Positions 1 through 8,336 are shown, counted from the first letter of the stretch. The stretch: 18,932 nt of DNA from Gemmatimonadota bacterium (GCA_039589315.1 JBDHHQ010000080.1:1-18932); one strand, 5' to 3'. The notes: generated by a model from the sequence alone, not told the origin. Numbers and translations are program-made.

Positions 1-101
1 ATCACGTCGCGATACGATAACGTATATTGACGTGTCCTCGCCTCGAGCGTGTGCCGCTCTTCGGGCGTAAGATCGATGACATACGGACTTTTTCTTGGCA
101 T
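1..101 (-). CDS. IS630-family transposase, N-terminal (HTH) part; runs off the left edge
   Basis: Minus-strand ATG at 101 preceded by AGGAGG. Translates MPRKSPYVIDLTPEERHTLEARTRQYTLSYRDV..., resembling the 'I.L(T/S).EER..LE...R' start of IS630/Tc1-like transposases. Not in the ORF track because it is truncated. Confidence 0.75.
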   Translation of the reverse strand, partial: MPRKSPYVIDLTPEERHTLEARTRQYTLSYRDV

Positions 102-191
102 CCTCGGCCTCCTGGTTGGAGACAAGATGCCTCATCCTATCTAAAGAATCCAGGATATGATACGTCATCGTATTTGTGAAGACATGTACTA
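1..191 (-). mobile_element. Left end of an IS630-like insertion sequence
   Basis: A lower-GC segment containing the transposase start ends at ...GACATGTACTAG (CTAG 189-192, TA 190-191), matching the TA/CTAG target preference of IS630 elements. The other end lies outside the window. Confidence 0.6.
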
Positions 192-327
192 GTCAGGGGC
201 TCTGCTTGGGCTTCGAGGGAGACGAACTCGCCCTTCGATCAACCACGTTCAGACCCTGATGACGTTTCGCGCCGGGATCCTCAGTGGGCCGGCCATCCAT
301 CACCGAGGAGCTCCGGTGCGCCACCGA

Positions 328-2670
328 TCACCCGCCCAGGGCGGCAATCCGCGCTCGCCACTCCTCAACCCGCGCCGTTCCGCGCTCGTCGCCGTTAGCC
401 CACTGATCGACCATGCGCTGGTACGCTTCGATGGCTCGTGCGGTGTCGCCGACCTGCTCGTACAACGGCCCGAGGCGGAGCCGTGCGTGCAGTGGCTCAC
501 CGATCTGCGACCGCCAAGCCCACTGCCACCCCTCCCGCAGGCGCTCGTACAGTTCCAGCGCCAGCTCCGGGTCTTGGAGTCGCTCGTGAAGCCAGGCCCT
601 CTCCAGCCGCCAGCAGGAGTCACAGCCCCAATCCCTCAACAGGGTCTGGTATGCCTCCCTGACCCCGGTGGTGTCCCCTCGGGCGGCCCGAGCGTACAGG
701 GCTGCGCGCATCATCGCGGCCGTATCAGCGCGGGTCTTCATCTCGTCCGGCGTTGTCTCCGCCCAGTTCGTGATCACCAACTCGGCGCCCTCGGGGTCGC
801 CCGAGAAGGCGAAGGCCGTCGCGGTCCGGAAGTGGAACTGCTCCGACGGACCCAGAGCCTGGAACGTGCCGTCCTCGAGTCCCCGGCGCAGGTGATCGCG
901 GGCCCACGCCGGGTCTCCCGCCAGGGCCTCGTCGTAGGCAGTGAACACCCGTTCCGACCACTCGAGGGCCGGGCTGACTTCTGCGGCCAGACGTTCCGCA
1001 CGAAGTGCGAGTTCCCGCCCTTCTGCGAGTCGCCCGCTCCAGTACGTCAACCGGGCCAGGTCTGCGGCCGACCCGGATCGGAGCCGGTCGGACAGGCTCG
1101 GGTCTTCGGCCCGGTCGGACAGGTGTCGCCGGGCCGCCTCCAGATCGCCCTTCAGGAAGGCGACATGGGATCGCCAGACAGGGAGGAGCGCGAGGTCTGG
1201 ATAGGCAGCTTCCAGGTCCTGGAGGACCGTCTCGGCCTCCTCGGTCCGTCCTAGGCGGAGCAAGGTGACCAGCAGGTTGCCGTACGCTGTACTGGTTCGC
1301 CCGGGGCCGTCGACGGCGCGCCGCAGCAGCTCCTCGGCACGAGCAAAGTCTCCGCGGCGTTGCCGGTACCACAGGCTGAGGTTGTTGAGAGCCGAGGCAT
1401 TGTCGGGGTCGATGCGCAACGCGTTCTCGTACGCCGCGATGACCTCCGCCGGGTCCTTCGTGATCGACGCGTGGTATTGGGCCTCCACCAGGTACCGTTC
1501 CAGCTCCTGGAGCCTGTCGCGGTGCTGAAAGGCTCGAGAAATGGCCTCGCGGGACCGGGTGGCTTCTCCGCTGCCCTGAAGGGCCAGCACGAGCTGGCGC
1601 CAGGCCATCGCGAAGGTCGAGTCCTGTTCGAGAGCCTGTTGGAGAAGCGCCGCGCTGCGGACCCGGTCGTCGGCTCGATCGAAGGCCTGGACCGCCTCCG
1701 TGAAGAGCTGGAGCGCTTCCAATGAGTTGGTCGTCACCTGGGCAAGGGAGGTGCCGCCCCGGATCGAGCGGAGGGATTCCCCCGACTTCTCCCGGATGTC
1801 GCTGGACAGGGTTTCGATGGCGGGGATGATCTCGTCGGGCCCATCCGCGGTTACCCGAAAGTTGGCGAGCGACCGTCCGGTTTCCGCCGCTCGCAACGTC
1901 GCGGTGAGGATGTATCCCGTTCCCGCTGCGGCGACCTCTCCGTCCAGGACCGCGGGGATCCCCTCTCGGATGGCGACTTCCCTCGCGAGCTCAGCGGTGA
2001 GCGGTGTCGCGACGGGGCGCTCCATTCGGCCCAGGACCGGCTCGACGTCGGACGTCTCGACCAAGGCGATCACCGACGCCTGAAGCAGGTCGATGCGGAG
2101 CGCTTCGGTCACCACGTTGCCCAGGTTCTCGCCGGTGGCGTCGTCGAACCTGGCCAGGACGACCCTCTCCCCGTCCTCGATGACGCCCTGGGCCACGAGG
2201 CTGCCGACCGGGCCGATGCCGGTGGCCCACATGACCCAGTACGCGGTGACGACCACGCCGAGACCGGCGAATGCCACGACGCCCCCTGCGATCGCGTTGC
2301 GCCATGTGAGGAGGCGCCGGATCCGAGAGGTGTGGGTCCGAGGGCGGTCGAGCGACCCTGTGCCGGGCGACAGGCCCGCAGATGGAACGCTCCCGGCGGT
2401 GGACGCCGACGACCCGGTCTCGGGGATCACCTCGAGCCCGGGTTCGCGTGACCGGGTCCCCTCCTGCACGAACGCGGTCGCCAGTACGATGGGAAGCCCC
2501 ACCACCAGCAGCGCCAGCGCCAGCGGCGGAAACCAGTCCGGCAGTCCCAGCGCTGACGCCATGGTGTCCGCCACCTGTAGCACCGCCCAGGAGGCCACCA
2601 GGTAGATCCCCAACACTTGCCACAGGCTGCGACGGTGGATCTCGTGAATGAGCTGCTTCAGGCGGTCCAA
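328..2670 (-). CDS. Membrane-anchored TPR protein (N-terminal TM hairpin, third TM, TolB_N-like alpha/beta domain, TPR repeats); no kinase domain
   Basis: 780 aa, TTG start. N-terminus DRLKQLIHEIHRRSLWQVLGIYLVASWAVLQV; three hydrophobic segments; 'VTTNSLEALQLF' and 'DSTFAMAWR' segments; TPR motifs (AYENALRIDPDNASALNNLS). Paralog of 6330-8336. Confidence 0.9.
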   Translation of the reverse strand: MDRLKQLIHEIHRRSLWQVLGIYLVASWAVLQVADTMASALGLPDWFPPLALALLVVGLPIVLATAFVQEGTRSREPGLEVIPETGSSASTAGSVPSAGLSPGTGSLDRPRTHTSRIRRLLTWRNAIAGGVVAFAGLGVVVTAYWVMWATGIGPVGSLVAQGVIEDGERVVLARFDDATGENLGNVVTEALRIDLLQASVIALVETSDVEPVLGRMERPVATPLTAELAREVAIREGIPAVLDGEVAAAGTGYILTATLRAAETGRSLANFRVTADGPDEIIPAIETLSSDIREKSGESLRSIRGGTSLAQVTTNSLEALQLFTEAVQAFDRADDRVRSAALLQQALEQDSTFAMAWRQLVLALQGSGEATRSREAISRAFQHRDRLQELERYLVEAQYHASITKDPAEVIAAYENALRIDPDNASALNNLSLWYRQRRGDFARAEELLRRAVDGPGRTSTAYGNLLVTLLRLGRTEEAETVLQDLEAAYPDLALLPVWRSHVAFLKGDLEAARRHLSDRAEDPSLSDRLRSGSAADLARLTYWSGRLAEGRELALRAERLAAEVSPALEWSERVFTAYDEALAGDPAWARDHLRRGLEDGTFQALGPSEQFHFRTATAFAFSGDPEGAELVITNWAETTPDEMKTRADTAAMMRAALYARAARGDTTGVREAYQTLLRDWGCDSCWRLERAWLHERLQDPELALELYERLREGWQWAWRSQIGEPLHARLRLGPLYEQVGDTARAIEAYQRMVDQWANGDERGTARVEEWRARIAALGG

Positions 2671-2713
2671 GGCGTCGTCCCAGGTGGAGGCGGGCTGCGT
2701 GAGCAGTCGTCCG

Positions 2714-2743
2714 AAGATGCGGCCCAGGGTCAGCCCTGATCAA
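2714..2743 (-). promoter_or_regulatory. Putative sigma70-type promoter TTGATC-N18-CATCTT
   Basis: The same boxes, the same spacing and a shared GCTGAC spacer motif occur upstream of the paralog (8383-8412). Confidence 0.6.
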
Positions 2744-2829
2744 GCACGGATACGACGTGGATCGAGTACGCTGTCCCGCCGTTGGGTGCCTGGGAGGGTT
2801 CCTGGGACTGTTCAGGTTCACAGACCTTA

Positions 2830-2854
2830 GGGTATGAAACTCTAGATCGTACCC
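2830..2854. promoter_or_regulatory. Imperfect palindrome GGGTATGAA-N7-ATCGTACCC, putative transcription-factor site
   Basis: Dyad symmetry; homologous copy at 8497-8521 at nearly the same distance from the -35 box (87 vs 85 bp). Confidence 0.55.
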
Positions 2855-2901
2855 AAATCTCGTGAACGAACAAAACGCCAGTTCGTGTCTGACGGGCGGC
2901 T

Positions 2902-4482
2902 CTACGGCATCCGCTTCTTCGCGCCCGTCTGCTCCGGGAACGCCTGGAGGATCTGGGCCACCATGTCCCAATAGGGCAGGCCCGAGTCGTCCAGCCCTCG
3001 GCGCACGATCACGAGGTCGTACGACGGGATGACGATGGCATGTTGGCCGCGGGCGCCAGCCGTCGTGTACGCGTCCTGTGGAAGGTCGGTCCGTGCGTCG
3101 GGCACGAGCCACCAATGCCCTCCGTAGAAGTTCCCGAATTCGGCGGTCGACGGTGCGGCCGTCCGGCTGAAGTCGACCCACCACGCGGGCACGATCTGCT
3201 CGCCGTTCCAGAGGCCGCGATTCAGATAGAGCAGGCCGAGGCGGGCCAGGTCCCGGGCGTTGGTGTAGACCTGGCTGCTCATGACGTAGTTACCGAAGCG
3301 GTCCATCCCTGGCACCGTGTTACGCATCCCGATCCGGTCGAACAGGGCCCGCCAGGGAAACTCGCGATAGGTGCCCTCGTCCCCGAGCGCCATCTTCAGC
3401 GCCAGCACGCCCAGCAGCGTGTCGTAGTTCTCGTAATCCCAGACCGTGCCGGGCTCCCGGACCAGCCCCCGGTCTCGAGCCTGATACGCCGAGTTCCAAC
3501 CGGCCCAGTACGAGAGACTCGACCCGGTGGCCTGGCCGTACTCGTTGTCCTGCGGGTAGAGACCGCTCGACATGTTGAGCACGTGCCGCAGTGTGATGGC
3601 ACCCCTGGGATCGGGTGCGGGCGGGTAGTCCGCCGGCGGGAAGGGCTCCACGAGCACGGCCGGGTGGCTTCGGGCCACACGGGACTCGAGCTCCGCGAGC
3701 TCGTCCGGCGGCCAGTCGAACGGCAACGGGGCGTCCAGCTCCAGCAGCCCCTTCCCCACCGCGATCCCGATGAGCGTGCTCGCGATGCTCTTGGCCGTGG
3801 ACCAGGTCCGGGTCCGAGTGGACATGTCGATGCCCGGAGCATACCGCTCGTATACGATCTGGCCCCGATGCACGACCAGGAGGCTCAGCGTCATCTCCTC
3901 CGGGTCGCCGCCGTGACCGATCCGGTCGAACGTCCAGTCACCCGCCGCCTCCAACGCGTCCGCATCGATCTCGTCGGGGAGGGGCCCTGCCTCGACCAGA
4001 TCCCCGTCCGGCCACGGGATCCGGGCCGGATCGCCGACGGGAGCCTCGAGATCGAGCGACGGCAGCCCGTTCACGTCATCGAAGGTCTGGTCCGGGCCCA
4101 TGACCACGCACCCGATGCCGTACCGCCACGCCGCCCTCATCGCCGGCCCATGGTCTCCCTCAGCCCGGACAGCCACCGTCCGTGAATGCGCGTCCACCGA
4201 AAGCCGGGACGGGGGCACGGGATCGGCCCGGAGCTCAGCCCCGTTGATCTGCTCCACGGCCCGTCCTGAGACGAAGACACCGTTGCACAGGGTGAGCGCC
4301 TGCCGTCCTCGCTGGGTCAGGTCGACGTTGGAGACGCTGAAGCCCTGGGCATACTCACGCTGGGCGTCCAACGAGCCAGGGCAGGCTAATGCAAGGAACA
4401 TGAGCGTCCCCAGAAGCCCGCTCGTGCCCGGGCGTCTCAGCTCGACCCGTGCCACTTTGGCCTTTGTATCATGTCTAACCAT
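2902..4482 (-). CDS. Secreted serine hydrolase (beta-lactamase class C / AmpC-like superfamily)
   Basis: 526 aa. SxxK motif (WSTAKS), YxN motif (YENYDT), LLVVHRGQIVYERY, ARDLARLGLLYL, AGARGQ. Hydrophobic signal-like N-terminus; GGAGAGAGG upstream of the ATG. Confidence 0.9.
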   Translation of the reverse strand: MVRHDTKAKVARVELRRPGTSGLLGTLMFLALACPGSLDAQREYAQGFSVSNVDLTQRGRQALTLCNGVFVSGRAVEQINGAELRADPVPPSRLSVDAHSRTVAVRAEGDHGPAMRAAWRYGIGCVVMGPDQTFDDVNGLPSLDLEAPVGDPARIPWPDGDLVEAGPLPDEIDADALEAAGDWTFDRIGHGGDPEEMTLSLLVVHRGQIVYERYAPGIDMSTRTRTWSTAKSIASTLIGIAVGKGLLELDAPLPFDWPPDELAELESRVARSHPAVLVEPFPPADYPPAPDPRGAITLRHVLNMSSGLYPQDNEYGQATGSSLSYWAGWNSAYQARDRGLVREPGTVWDYENYDTLLGVLALKMALGDEGTYREFPWRALFDRIGMRNTVPGMDRFGNYVMSSQVYTNARDLARLGLLYLNRGLWNGEQIVPAWWVDFSRTAAPSTAEFGNFYGGHWWLVPDARTDLPQDAYTTAGARGQHAIVIPSYDLVIVRRGLDDSGLPYWDMVAQILQAFPEQTGAKKRMP

Positions 4483-4537
4483 TCGTCCTCTCTCCGCGGG
4501 ATCGCGACGGATGACATCGATTCATGCGCACTGCCGG

Positions 4538-4584
4538 GTAGCGGTCTGCGAGCGTTGCGTCAGGCGGCTGGTGAGGTCCGCCAT
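4538..4584 (-). pseudogene. Relic N-terminus of a Ser/Thr kinase gene (frameshifted)
   Basis: Reads MADLTSRL-[1 nt missing]-ATLADRY versus MSDPAARLNTALDGRY of the intact kinase. It directly follows a copy of the kinase promoter motif. Confidence 0.65.
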
Positions 4585-4589
4585 GCGGT

Positions 4590-4621
4590 CAAGATCCTAC
4601 CCGCCGCTCGCGAGACGCAAG
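4590..4621 (-). promoter_or_regulatory. Promoter-like motif CTTGCGTCTCG-N9-GGTAGGATCTTG (copy 1)
   Basis: The 11-nt and 12-nt blocks are identical to 11366-11397; gives TTGCGT-N18-GATCTT. Confidence 0.7.
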
Positions 4622-4784
4622 GAATCCCCAGCGGCCGATCAGTGCTTTGACCCGCGAGGAGTCGTTCGGAAACCGAGACCGAGGTGGGAGCCTTCACGCT
4701 CCTGACCCGTCCGCGGAAAGCCGCCTCCCCACCCCCCGTATGCATTCAAGAACCAGTCCCGAGGCGCGGACGTGGAGGAGGGGC

Positions 4785-6404
4785 ATGCGAGACGGACCGG
4801 GCCGACACTGGGCGATCGTGGTGGCTGCAACCGTGTTGTGGGCCGGGTGTGACCCGTCCGATCCCGAGATCGCGGATCCAGACCCACCGACACCGCCGCT
4901 CGGCGACACACCGCCCGCAGTTGGCTGGGAGCTCCTCCCTGGATCACCGGCGGCTCCGCAGTCGGGGCGCCACGACGACATCGTGTTCCTCCGGCCATCG
5001 CTCGGATGGATGGTCAATATCTCCGGCAACGTCTACCGCACTGGGGATGGTGGCGAGACCTGGGACCTACTCCACACCGACGAACAGGTGTCGTTCCGAT
5101 CCGTGGGCTTCGCGGACGAGGAGCTGGGCTGGGCCGGGAACCTCAACGCCTTCAGCGACCCGGCCCCGGGGGTGGCGCTGTTCGAGACCCGAGACGGCGG
5201 GGTCACCTGGTCCAACGTCACCGACCGCGTCACGGGCCCGGAGCCCGTGGGGATCTGCGGAATCTGGGTGGCGGACGAGCGGAGGGTTTACGCCGTCGGC
5301 CGCTGGAACGGCCCGGCCATCTTCGTGCGGACTCGGGACGGGGGCGTGTCGTGGCAGTCGCGTGACATGGCGCCACTCGCAACCGGCCTGGTGGACGTGC
5401 ACTTCTTCGACGTGGACCGAGGCCTGGTGATCGGGGGTCGAGGGGTCGGCAATCCGACCGTGGCAATGGACACGTCACGGACCGTCATCCTGAGCACCGA
5501 TGACGGAGGCGACTCCTGGGAGACCGTGTACGAGAGCGCGGTTCAGGGCACCTGGGGATGGAAGTTCTCCTTCCCGACGGGACGGGTAGGGTACGCGGCG
5601 ACCCAAGGCCCGAACCAGGTCGGCCTCGTCCTCAAGACCATCGACGGCGGACGGAGCTGGACGGAGCTGATTGTGGCTCCAGACCTGGGCTTCTCGGGAA
5701 TCGGCTTCGTGTCAGCCGACCTCGGGTGGCTCGGGGCCGATGGCGATCAGGTCTACGAAACGAGCGACGGTGGCGCCACCTGGTATCTGGTACGGCTCGG
5801 CCGCAACCTGAACCGCTTTCGCGTGCTCGGTCCGGGCCTCGCATACGCGTCGGGCGAGAGAGCCTACCGCTATCTGGCGCTGCGTTCGGGCCTGTCCGTC
5901 GCTGCCCGAGTAGACATGGCTGACTTGGCAGGCCCGGGTGCCTCTCTCACCGTCCCGCGTCCCCCTACAGCCCGGCGACAAGGGCTACCTGAATCGACCG
6001 TAGGAGGGCAGCGGATAGGCCCCACGGCTCGGCGACCACGTCCATCACCTGGAGCAGCACCCAGGCTCCTGCGACGTAGGCCACGGCCCACTGGACGAGC
6101 TTGCGATCTTTCAAGCGGTCGAAGAACGACGCCATGCGAGGCCTCTCTGGCCGCAAGAACCGTAAGCTTCAAGCCGCGGCATACGGAGGGGAGGGTGCTC
6201 GGGCCCGATCAGGAAATTACGCCGTCTCGCTCTGGGGCGACGGGACCCATCCGCGTGCCGACTGCAGCAGGATGCCGAACCCCTAGAGCCACCCGCAATG
6301 AAGACGGGCCCGCGAAGGGACTGACACCCTCAGTTGGGCACCGCGGTCTCCCGGGCTTCGACGCCTCGACGCTGGTCCGCCAGGTCGGCATGGATCCGTC
6401 CTAG
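4785..6404 (+). CDS. YCF48/BNR-repeat beta-propeller lipoprotein; natural stop apparently lost (domain ends about 5873)
   Basis: GGAGGAGG RBS before ATG 4785; lipobox-like LWAG-C22; repeated T.DGG.(T/S)W Asp-box motifs. After YASGERAYRY the frame continues about 176 aa of antisense-like sequence that overlaps minus-strand genes. Confidence 0.8.
   Translation: MRDGPGRHWAIVVAATVLWAGCDPSDPEIADPDPPTPPLGDTPPAVGWELLPGSPAAPQSGRHDDIVFLRPSLGWMVNISGNVYRTGDGGETWDLLHTDEQVSFRSVGFADEELGWAGNLNAFSDPAPGVALFETRDGGVTWSNVTDRVTGPEPVGICGIWVADERRVYAVGRWNGPAIFVRTRDGGVSWQSRDMAPLATGLVDVHFFDVDRGLVIGGRGVGNPTVAMDTSRTVILSTDDGGDSWETVYESAVQGTWGWKFSFPTGRVGYAATQGPNQVGLVLKTIDGGRSWTELIVAPDLGFSGIGFVSADLGWLGADGDQVYETSDGGATWYLVRLGRNLNRFRVLGPGLAYASGERAYRYLALRSGLSVAARVDMADLAGPGASLTVPRPPTARRQGLPESTVGGQRIGPTARRPRPSPGAAPRLLRRRPRPTGRACDLSSGRRTTPCEASLAARTVSFKPRHTEGRVLGPDQEITPSRSGATGPIRVPTAAGCRTPRATRNEDGPAKGLTPSVGHRGLPGFDASTLVRQVGMDPS
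5965..6135 (-). pseudogene. Truncated 56-aa membrane-anchor N-terminus of a TM-TPR receptor-family gene (relic or mini-protein)
   Basis: AGAGAGG RBS; MASFFDRLKDRKLVQWAVAYVAGAWVLLQVMDVVAEPWGL... aligns with the N-termini of 328-2670 and 6330-8336 (Y...W..LQV). Stops with TAG midway through TM2. Confidence 0.75.
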
Positions 6405-8336
6405 GAGCTCCTGGAAGCGCGGGTCCGGTCGCATCGAGTCCCACATGGGGTCGTGGTCGACGAAGCGCGCGCGTCGGAACCCGGCGTCGTAGGCGCGCTC
6501 GGCCCACGCCACGGCCTCGTCGGCTTCTCCGCGGATGGCGTGGATGGTGGCGATCTCCCAGTGATGGAAGTTCCACTCGTCACCGGACTCCACGCTGGAA
6601 AGCCGCTCAGCGAGATGGTCGTCGAGCTGACGCTCGGCTTCGCCGAGCTCGCCGAGCTGCTGAAGCGCATAGCCCAGGATCGTCTGACCGGAGTGCCACC
6701 ACACCAGGCCCTGGGCCGGAGACAGTCGGGCGCTCTCACGGGCTCGGGACACCGCCAGGGCATTGCGACCGGCGAACACATCGGCCAATGCGGCGGCTCT
6801 GAGCGCATGGAATTCTCCCGGATGCATGGCCAGGATGTGGTCGACCCACCGCTCCGCTTGATCGAGACGGCCCCGCATGAGGTCCAGCCAGATGTAGTGG
6901 ACGAAGACCCACACGTTCGTGTCGTCGAGCCTCTGGGCGGCCTGGAGCCATGGTTCCGCATCCTCGAACCGGCCGAGAAGAGCGTGCATGCGTGCAACGA
7001 CCAGGTGGGAGTTGGAGCTGCTCGGGTTGAGTCGCGCTCCCTTTGTATACCAGCGAAGGGCCTCGTCGTATCTGCCCAGCACCTCCATCCCGGCCCCGGT
7101 GTTGCTGATCGGAACGCTGTAGTTGGGGTCCAGCTCGATCGCACGCAGATTCAGCTCGGTGGAGCGTTGCCATCGCCCGCGGGCACTCTCGGCACTGGCC
7201 AACGCCCTATAGGCACGGGCCGACTCGGGGTCGGCTTCGATCGCGCGGCTGGCTGCAGCCCGCGCCGAATCGGTCCAGGCGAGGTCGTACCCGAGAAGCA
7301 GGACCCGTCTGGAGTAGCCAGCGGCGAGGCCGGCCCAGGCGTCCGCGAAGCCCGGATCGAGCGCGGTCGCAGCCTTGAACAGGCGGATGGCTTCCGTATT
7401 GTCCGCGTCGGTGGAGCGTCGGTAGGCCGCGCGGCCCCGAAGCACGAGGTCGTAGGCTCTGAGGCTTTCCGTTGGTACGTGCGCGATTCGAGATGCCTCG
7501 TCGGGTGACAGCGTGGCCTGGAGCGCGCGGACGATCTCCCTGGCGATCTCGGTCTGGATGGCGAACACGTCCGTGGTCGTGAGCGTACGGTCGTATTGGT
7601 CGGCCCAGAGGTGCTGGTCCGTGACGGCATCGACGAGCTGCACGGTGATCCGCACGTTGTCGCCCAACCGTCGGACGCTTCCTTCCAGGACGGACCCAAC
7701 GCCCAACTCGCCTCCGATCTCCCGGAGGGTCTTGTCCGACTCCCGGTAGGTCAGGACCGAGGTGCGCGAGATGACGGTCAGATCCGCGATCCTGGACAGC
7801 TGCGTGAGCACGTCCTCGTGGATGCCGTCGGCGAAATAGGCGTTCTCCTCGGACGTGCTCAGGTTGTCGAAGGGAAGCACCGCGATCGCCCGGGCGAAAC
7901 CGTCCTCGACTCCGACCTCGCTCGCCACGGGGGTCGTGACCCTGCCACCCGAGAGAATCCACAGCGCTGCGACCACGCCCCAGAGCGCGAACGCCGCTAC
8001 GCCTCCGACAGTTGCATTCCGCCAGGTGAAGAGCCGGTGAGCACGCGTCTGCCGAGCTGTGGCGTCCGCTCGCCCGGCCGTGTCTGCTCGGGGCGGATCC
8101 TCCACCGTCGGCGAGGACCGGATGCCTTCCTGCACGAAGGCCGTCGCCATGACGATCGGGAAGCCGACGATGAGGAGGACGACCGCGAGCTGAGGAAACC
8201 ACAGGGGCATCCCCAGGCTCTCGGTCAGCGTTTGCACCACCTGGATCGCGACCCAGCTCCCTACCACGTAGATCCCGAGAACCTGCCAGAGGCTTCGGCG
8301 ATGGATCTCGTGGATGAACTGCTTCAGGCGAGCCAA
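6330..8336 (-). CDS. Membrane-anchored TolB_N-like/TPR protein; no kinase domain
   Basis: 668 aa, TTG start. N-terminus ARLKQFIHEIHRRSLWQVLGIY; IAVLPFDNLS...YFADGIHEDVLTQLSRI...VISRTS...VLEGSVRR...VRITVQLVDA..DQHLWADQYDR (TolB_N-like domain); TPRs; C-terminal DPMWDSMRPDPRFQELL. Confidence 0.92.
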   Translation of the reverse strand: MARLKQFIHEIHRRSLWQVLGIYVVGSWVAIQVVQTLTESLGMPLWFPQLAVVLLIVGFPIVMATAFVQEGIRSSPTVEDPPRADTAGRADATARQTRAHRLFTWRNATVGGVAAFALWGVVAALWILSGGRVTTPVASEVGVEDGFARAIAVLPFDNLSTSEENAYFADGIHEDVLTQLSRIADLTVISRTSVLTYRESDKTLREIGGELGVGSVLEGSVRRLGDNVRITVQLVDAVTDQHLWADQYDRTLTTTDVFAIQTEIAREIVRALQATLSPDEASRIAHVPTESLRAYDLVLRGRAAYRRSTDADNTEAIRLFKAATALDPGFADAWAGLAAGYSRRVLLLGYDLAWTDSARAAASRAIEADPESARAYRALASAESARGRWQRSTELNLRAIELDPNYSVPISNTGAGMEVLGRYDEALRWYTKGARLNPSSSNSHLVVARMHALLGRFEDAEPWLQAAQRLDDTNVWVFVHYIWLDLMRGRLDQAERWVDHILAMHPGEFHALRAAALADVFAGRNALAVSRARESARLSPAQGLVWWHSGQTILGYALQQLGELGEAERQLDDHLAERLSSVESGDEWNFHHWEIATIHAIRGEADEAVAWAERAYDAGFRRARFVDHDPMWDSMRPDPRFQELLGRIHADLADQRRGVEARETAVPN

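Noticed and set aside
256..270. CTGATGA resembling a hammerhead ribozyme core
   Set aside because: No downstream stem II plus GAAA on the same strand; the adjacent motif is TTTCG.
259..1254. Long antisense or alternative-frame ORFs (e.g. 259-1254, 3040-4185, 9766-11475, 14806-16059, 17054-18466)
   Set aside because: Shadow ORFs of GC-rich real genes; no recognisable motifs and biased Arg/Pro/Gly composition.
4647..4784. ORF-track start of the YCF48-like gene at 4647
   Set aside because: ATG 4785 has a strong RBS and yields a proper lipoprotein signal peptide.
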